Assembly: GCA_965215335.1 (NCBI GenBank)
Contig: CBDCDA010000001.1
Coordinates: 1,056,001 to 1,120,000 of the forward strand
Direction of reading: 5' to 3'
From: an uncultured Candidatus Entotheonella sp.
GTDB taxonomy: Bacteria > Tectomicrobia > Entotheonellia > Entotheonellales > Entotheonellaceae
DNA length: 64,000 bases
The position numbers and the translations under genes were made by a program. Under the pieces are notes generated by a model, which worked only from the letters and a program-made list of their open reading frames with translations, made no database searches and was not told the origin of the DNA. Shown here in pieces: positions 60,314-64,000 of the stretch (position 1 is its first letter; each line of letters opens with the position of its first letter).

Positions 60314-61339
60314 TTACTCCGGCCGGGCCGCAAAGGTCTTGCGGGGGTCAAAGGCGTCGCGCACCGCTTCGCCGGTGAAAATGAGCAGGATCAGCATGAT
60401 CCCCAGGGTGAAGAAGCTCGTCAGCCCCAGCCACGGGGCGTGCAGATTGTTGCGGCCTTGGGTCACCATTTCGCCCAGCGAGGGCGAACCGGGCGGCAGA
60501 CCGAAACCCAGGAAATCGAGCCCCGTCAGGGCTGTCACCGCCCCGCTCAGGCTGAACGGCAGGAAGGTGATGGTGGCCACCATGGCATTGGGCAGGACGT
60601 GCCGGAACATGATCACTTTATTCGACACGCCGAGCGCCCGCGCCGCCCGCACGAAGTCGAAATTTCTCGCGCGCAGGAACTCGGCGCGTACCACCCCGAC
60701 GTAGCCCATCCAGCTGAACAGCAGCAGGATGCCCAGCAGCCACCAGAAATTCGGCTGCACCACGCTCGACAGGATAATCAGCAGGTAGAGCGTCGGCATG
60801 GACGACCACACCTCCATCAGCCGTTGCAGGGTGAGGTCGAGCCAGCCGCCGAAATACCCCTGCACGGCGCCCGCCGAGACGCCGATAATCATGGAAAACA
60901 CCGTCAGCACGAGGCCGAACAGCACCGAAATGCGGAAACCGTAGATGAGGCGCGCCAGCACGTCGCGGCTGTGGTCGTCGGTGCCCAGCCAGTTCGTCGG
61001 CGCCGGCGGCGCCGGCGCCCGCCGGCCGCGCACGATGGTGTCATAGGAAAACCGGATCGGCGGCCATATCATCCAGCCCTTGGCCTCGATCAGCCCGACG
61101 ACGTACTCGTCCCGGTAATCGGCCTCGGTCGGAAATTCCCCCCCGAAGCGGGTCTCGGGAAATACCGCCACCACCGGCACCAGCAGGTCGCCGTCGAAGT
61201 AGACGAGCAGCGGCTTGTCGTTGGCGAGGAACTCGGCGAACAGGCTGAGCACGAACAGCAGGGTGAATATCCACAGGGAGACGTAGCCGCGCCGGTTGGC
61301 TCGGAAATTGGCCCAGCGCCGCCGATTCAAGGGCGTCAT
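60314..61339 (-). CDS. yejE: ABC permease (YejE-like)
   Basis: RRWANFRANRRGY, LGTDDHSRDVLARLIYGFRIS, GEAVRDAFDPR. Confidence 0.9.
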   Translation of the reverse strand: MTPLNRRRWANFRANRRGYVSLWIFTLLFVLSLFAEFLANDKPLLVYFDGDLLVPVVAVFPETRFGGEFPTEADYRDEYVVGLIEAKGWMIWPPIRFSYDTIVRGRRAPAPPAPTNWLGTDDHSRDVLARLIYGFRISVLFGLVLTVFSMIIGVSAGAVQGYFGGWLDLTLQRLMEVWSSMPTLYLLIILSSVVQPNFWWLLGILLLFSWMGYVGVVRAEFLRARNFDFVRAARALGVSNKVIMFRHVLPNAMVATITFLPFSLSGAVTALTGLDFLGFGLPPGSPSLGEMVTQGRNNLHAPWLGLTSFFTLGIMLILLIFTGEAVRDAFDPRKTFAARPE

Positions 61340-61342
61340 GGC

Positions 61343-62464
61343 TCAGACCTCCCGCGAGGCGAAGTCGATGCGCGGATCGATGAAGGCGTACATCAGGTCG
61401 CTGACGATGCCCATCACCAAGCCGAGCAGGGAGAAGAAATAAAGGGTGGCGAACATGACGGGGTAGTCGCGCTTGATGGTCGCCTCGTAACCCAGCAGGC
61501 CGAGGCCGTCGAGCGAGAAGATCACCTCGATGAACAGCGAGCCGGAGAAGAAGATGCTGATGAAGGCGCCCGGAAAGCCGGCGATGACGATCAGCATGGC
61601 GTTGCGAAAGACGTGGCCGTAGAGCACCCGGCGCTCGCTCAGCCCCTTGGCGCGGGCGGTCATGACGTACTGCATGCCGATCTGGTCCAGGAAGGAGTTT
61701 TTCGTCAGCAGGGTAAGGGTGGCGAAGCCGCCGATCACCATGGCGAGGATGGGCAGCGCCAGGTGCCACAGGTAATCGACCACCTGGCTCAGGACGTTCA
61801 GGTCGGCCCAGTTTTCCGACGTCAGGCCGCGCAGCGGAAACCATGTCAGGTAACGCCCGCCGGCGAAGAAAATGATGAGGATCAGGGCGAACAGGAAGCT
61901 GGGAATGGCGTAACCGACGGTGATGACGCTGCTGGTGGCCACGTCGAAGCGGCTGCCGTCGCGCACCGCCTTGCTGATGCCGAGCGGGATGGAGATCAGA
62001 TAGACGAGCAGGGTGGTCCACAGGCCGAGGGAGATGGAGACGGGCATCTTGTCCAGGACGAGTTCCACCACGGACCGGTCCTGGAAGAAACTGTCGCCGA
62101 AGTCGAAGGTGAGATACGAACGCATCATGTCCACGAAGCGCACGGGCAGGGGTTTGTCCAGCCCGTACATGGCCTCGATTTCGCGTACCAGATCCGGGTC
62201 GAGACCGCGGGCGCCGCGGTATTTGCCGGTGATGCCGGTAGAGGCGCCGCCCGTTGCCTGCTCCTGGTTCTGCCGCCCCATGGGGTCGTCCGACGCCGCA
62301 CCGCCGAAGCGGGCGGTCGCCTCAATGGCCTCGCCCGAAAGCTCTGCCAGCAACTGCTCCACCGGTCCGCCCGGCACGATCTGAATGACAAAGAAATTGA
62401 TCAGCATGATGCCGAACAAGGTCGGCGCAATCAGGATCAGGCGGCGAATGATATAGGCAAGCAT
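61343..62464 (-). CDS. yejB: ABC permease (YejB-like)
   Basis: [37 protein letters not shown]. Confidence 0.9.
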   Translation of the reverse strand: MLAYIIRRLILIAPTLFGIMLINFFVIQIVPGGPVEQLLAELSGEAIEATARFGGAASDDPMGRQNQEQATGGASTGITGKYRGARGLDPDLVREIEAMYGLDKPLPVRFVDMMRSYLTFDFGDSFFQDRSVVELVLDKMPVSISLGLWTTLLVYLISIPLGISKAVRDGSRFDVATSSVITVGYAIPSFLFALILIIFFAGGRYLTWFPLRGLTSENWADLNVLSQVVDYLWHLALPILAMVIGGFATLTLLTKNSFLDQIGMQYVMTARAKGLSERRVLYGHVFRNAMLIVIAGFPGAFISIFFSGSLFIEVIFSLDGLGLLGYEATIKRDYPVMFATLYFFSLLGLVMGIVSDLMYAFIDPRIDFASREV

Positions 62465-62606
62465 CAGAGCGGGGATTCACCTTGTTGGGCGGATCGATTG
62501 GCGGTCCGGAAAGACGGGCAGTATAAGGCGAGCGGGCACAAATTGCACCCGGTTGCGGGAAGGGCGCGTTGCGGTGCATCGTGCTCGACAGGGTGATTCG
62601 GGGAGT

Positions 62607-62695
62607 GGCAGGGGCCTCCGCCGACCCCTGCCGGATGTGCCTGCACGCAGGGAGGATGGACGTGTCAGGCACTTCGATCCATGTGCAAGAGGAGG
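62607..62695. repeat. Dispersed two-hairpin repeat, also at ~28544-28630 and ~34913-34999
   Basis: GGCAGGGG..CCCCTGCC followed by GTGCCTGCACG..CGYGTCAGGCAC. Confidence 0.65.
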
Positions 62696-62742
62696 GGCGC
62701 TACGCGGGGACAGTCAACGTGCCGCTTGCGCCGAATTACGCC

Positions 62743-62991
62743 TCAGGCCTCCGTTGGGACCTCTGGGCGGAACAACTCGTACACCGACACGTCGAACGCC
62801 GATGCCAGCCGATGCATGGTGATCAGGGTAGGGTTCACCTGGCCCGCCTCGATGCGTTGATAGTACTTGTAGCTCAGCCCGAACGAGGCCATGTCCAGTT
62901 GTCGCAGCCGCCGCATCTTGCGCATCTGCCGCAGCCGACTGCCGAAGTCCTGGAGCAAGCTCTCTTGCCTGTCTACGCCAATCGAATCCAT
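62743..62991 (-). CDS. XRE-family HTH regulator
   Basis: FGSRLRQMRK, YYQRIEAG.VNPTL...LASAFDVSVYELF. Confidence 0.85.
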   Translation of the reverse strand: MDSIGVDRQESLLQDFGSRLRQMRKMRRLRQLDMASFGLSYKYYQRIEAGQVNPTLITMHRLASAFDVSVYELFRPEVPTEA

Positions 62992-63035
62992 AAGGGGTCC
63001 CTCCGGCGCCGGCGGCTTCACCCGCCCGGCAATTC

Positions 63036-63060
63036 AATAATGAAAACCGTTATCATTTTC
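63036..63060. promoter_or_regulatory. Overlapping Fur-like boxes upstream of the XRE gene
   Basis: AATAATGAAAACCGTTATC (15/19) overlapping GAAAACCGTTATCATTTTC. Confidence 0.65.
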
Positions 63061-63167
63061 ATTTATACAACCGGACACGGCGACTGGCAACCTTCTTATG
63101 AGTGGGTATTTTGACGTTATTTGCGCTGCACGCTGCGGAACTGTCGAGGAGGTCAACGACGAGTCGA

Positions 63168-64000
63168 TCAAGGCTCGCCGGGAAAGGTGATCAGAACCGT
63201 GGGCTCGTGGCGCACATTGATTTGCGCGCCGGTCTGCAGGGGGACATCGTGGGCGCAGAAGCCTTGCAGGCGGGCGCCGGAGGGGAGGCGGACGGTGTAG
63301 AGCTTGCGGGTGCCCTGGAAGGTGACCTGCGTCACCCGGGCACGGACGCCGCGGCCGTTGTCGCACAGGGTGAGGCATTCGGGCGGGATCAGGAGATCAA
63401 CCTGGTGGTGGCCGTCGGGCGTGGGGGATCTGTCGGAACCGAGACGGACGGGTCCCATTTCGGTGACGATGCAGTCGTCACGGATCTCACCGGGCAAGAA
63501 GTGGCCGAGGGCGAGGAACTCGGCGACGAAACGGCTGCCGGGGCGCTGCACGATGGCTTCCGGGGTGTCGTATTGCACGACGCGGCCCTGATCGAGAATG
63601 GCGAGGGTGTCGGCCAGGCTGAGGGCCTCTTCCTGGTCGTGGGTGACGAGGATGGTGGTCATGTCCGTGTGCCGCAGGAGGTCCTGCATTTCCTGCCGCA
63701 GCTGGCGGCGCAGGTTGACGTCCAGATTGCTGAACGGCTCGTCGAGCAGCAGGAGTTGTGGGCCGGGGGCCAGGGCGCGGGCCAGGGCGACGCGCTGCTG
63801 CTGGCCGCCGGAGAGCTCGTGCGGGTAGCGCTCGGCCATGTCCGCCAGGCCGACGAGCTGGAGCAGGTCGGCGAGGCGGCGGTTGCGGTGGGTGGCCGGA
63901 CGGCGAAACAGGCCAAACAAAATGTTCTGGGCCACCGTCATGTGCGGGAAGAGGGCGTAGTCCTGGAATACCATGCCGATCTGGCGTTTTTCCGGCGCCA
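63168..64000 (-). CDS. ABC ATPase, FbpC/PotA-like; 5' end outside the window
   Basis: MVFQDYALFPHM, LSGGQQQRVALARAL, LLLDEPFSNLD, TOBE-like C-terminus. Confidence 0.88.
   Translation of the reverse strand, partial: APEKRQIGMVFQDYALFPHMTVAQNILFGLFRRPATHRNRRLADLLQLVGLADMAERYPHELSGGQQQRVALARALAPGPQLLLLDEPFSNLDVNLRRQLRQEMQDLLRHTDMTTILVTHDQEEALSLADTLAILDQGRVVQYDTPEAIVQRPGSRFVAEFLALGHFLPGEIRDDCIVTEMGPVRLGSDRSPTPDGHHQVDLLIPPECLTLCDNGRGVRARVTQVTFQGTRKLYTVRLPSGARLQGFCAHDVPLQTGAQINVRHEPTVLITFPGEP

Noticed and set aside
1..64000. tRNA or rRNA genes
   Set aside because: None recognised by eye; tRNAscan-SE/barrnap would be needed to exclude them.

Overview
GC-rich bacterial chromosomal window with three parts. 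(1) 1-8.5 kb is housekeeping/metabolic: a partial S9 peptidase, a CaiB/BaiF CoA-transferase, a VWA protein, and an operon of a metal-permease::SPFH fusion plus hflC and hflK. (2) ~8.6-23.5 kb is a decaying integrative/conjugative element. It holds an IS481 remnant split by an IS5, a broken TraD coupling protein, a MobH-like remnant, an array of 45-bp hairpin repeats, ssb, and a tandem array of five complete plus two partial modular coiled-coil/TM genes, each behind the same structured 88-bp leader. These are followed by a hairpin-rich non-coding stretch, a tyrosine recombinase, a type II R-M pair with a dead nuclease, and an ISAzo13. (3) ~23.6-64 kb carries a UGSC-type selenoprotein (in-frame UGA), an enolase-family enzyme and a large iron/heme island with several Fur-like boxes. 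The island includes DUF2325, a TonB heme receptor, hmuTUV, an IsdG-like monooxygenase, a FhuF-like Cys mini-protein, a ferritin-like protein, imelysin-DHOR-DHOR-imelysin-DUF1513, ApbE-porin-FMN-binding-membrane protein and a HugZ-like protein. A 1.45-kb direct duplication brackets type I R-M debris, a VapBC pair, a second IS5 and a MITE. The window ends with a rearranged yejBEF-(orphan MTase)-yejA cluster. The best candidate for an undescribed system is the ssb / repeat-array / cassette-array / recombinase block at 14.8-19.8 kb. All family assignments come from motif recognition by eye; no searches or folding programs were run.
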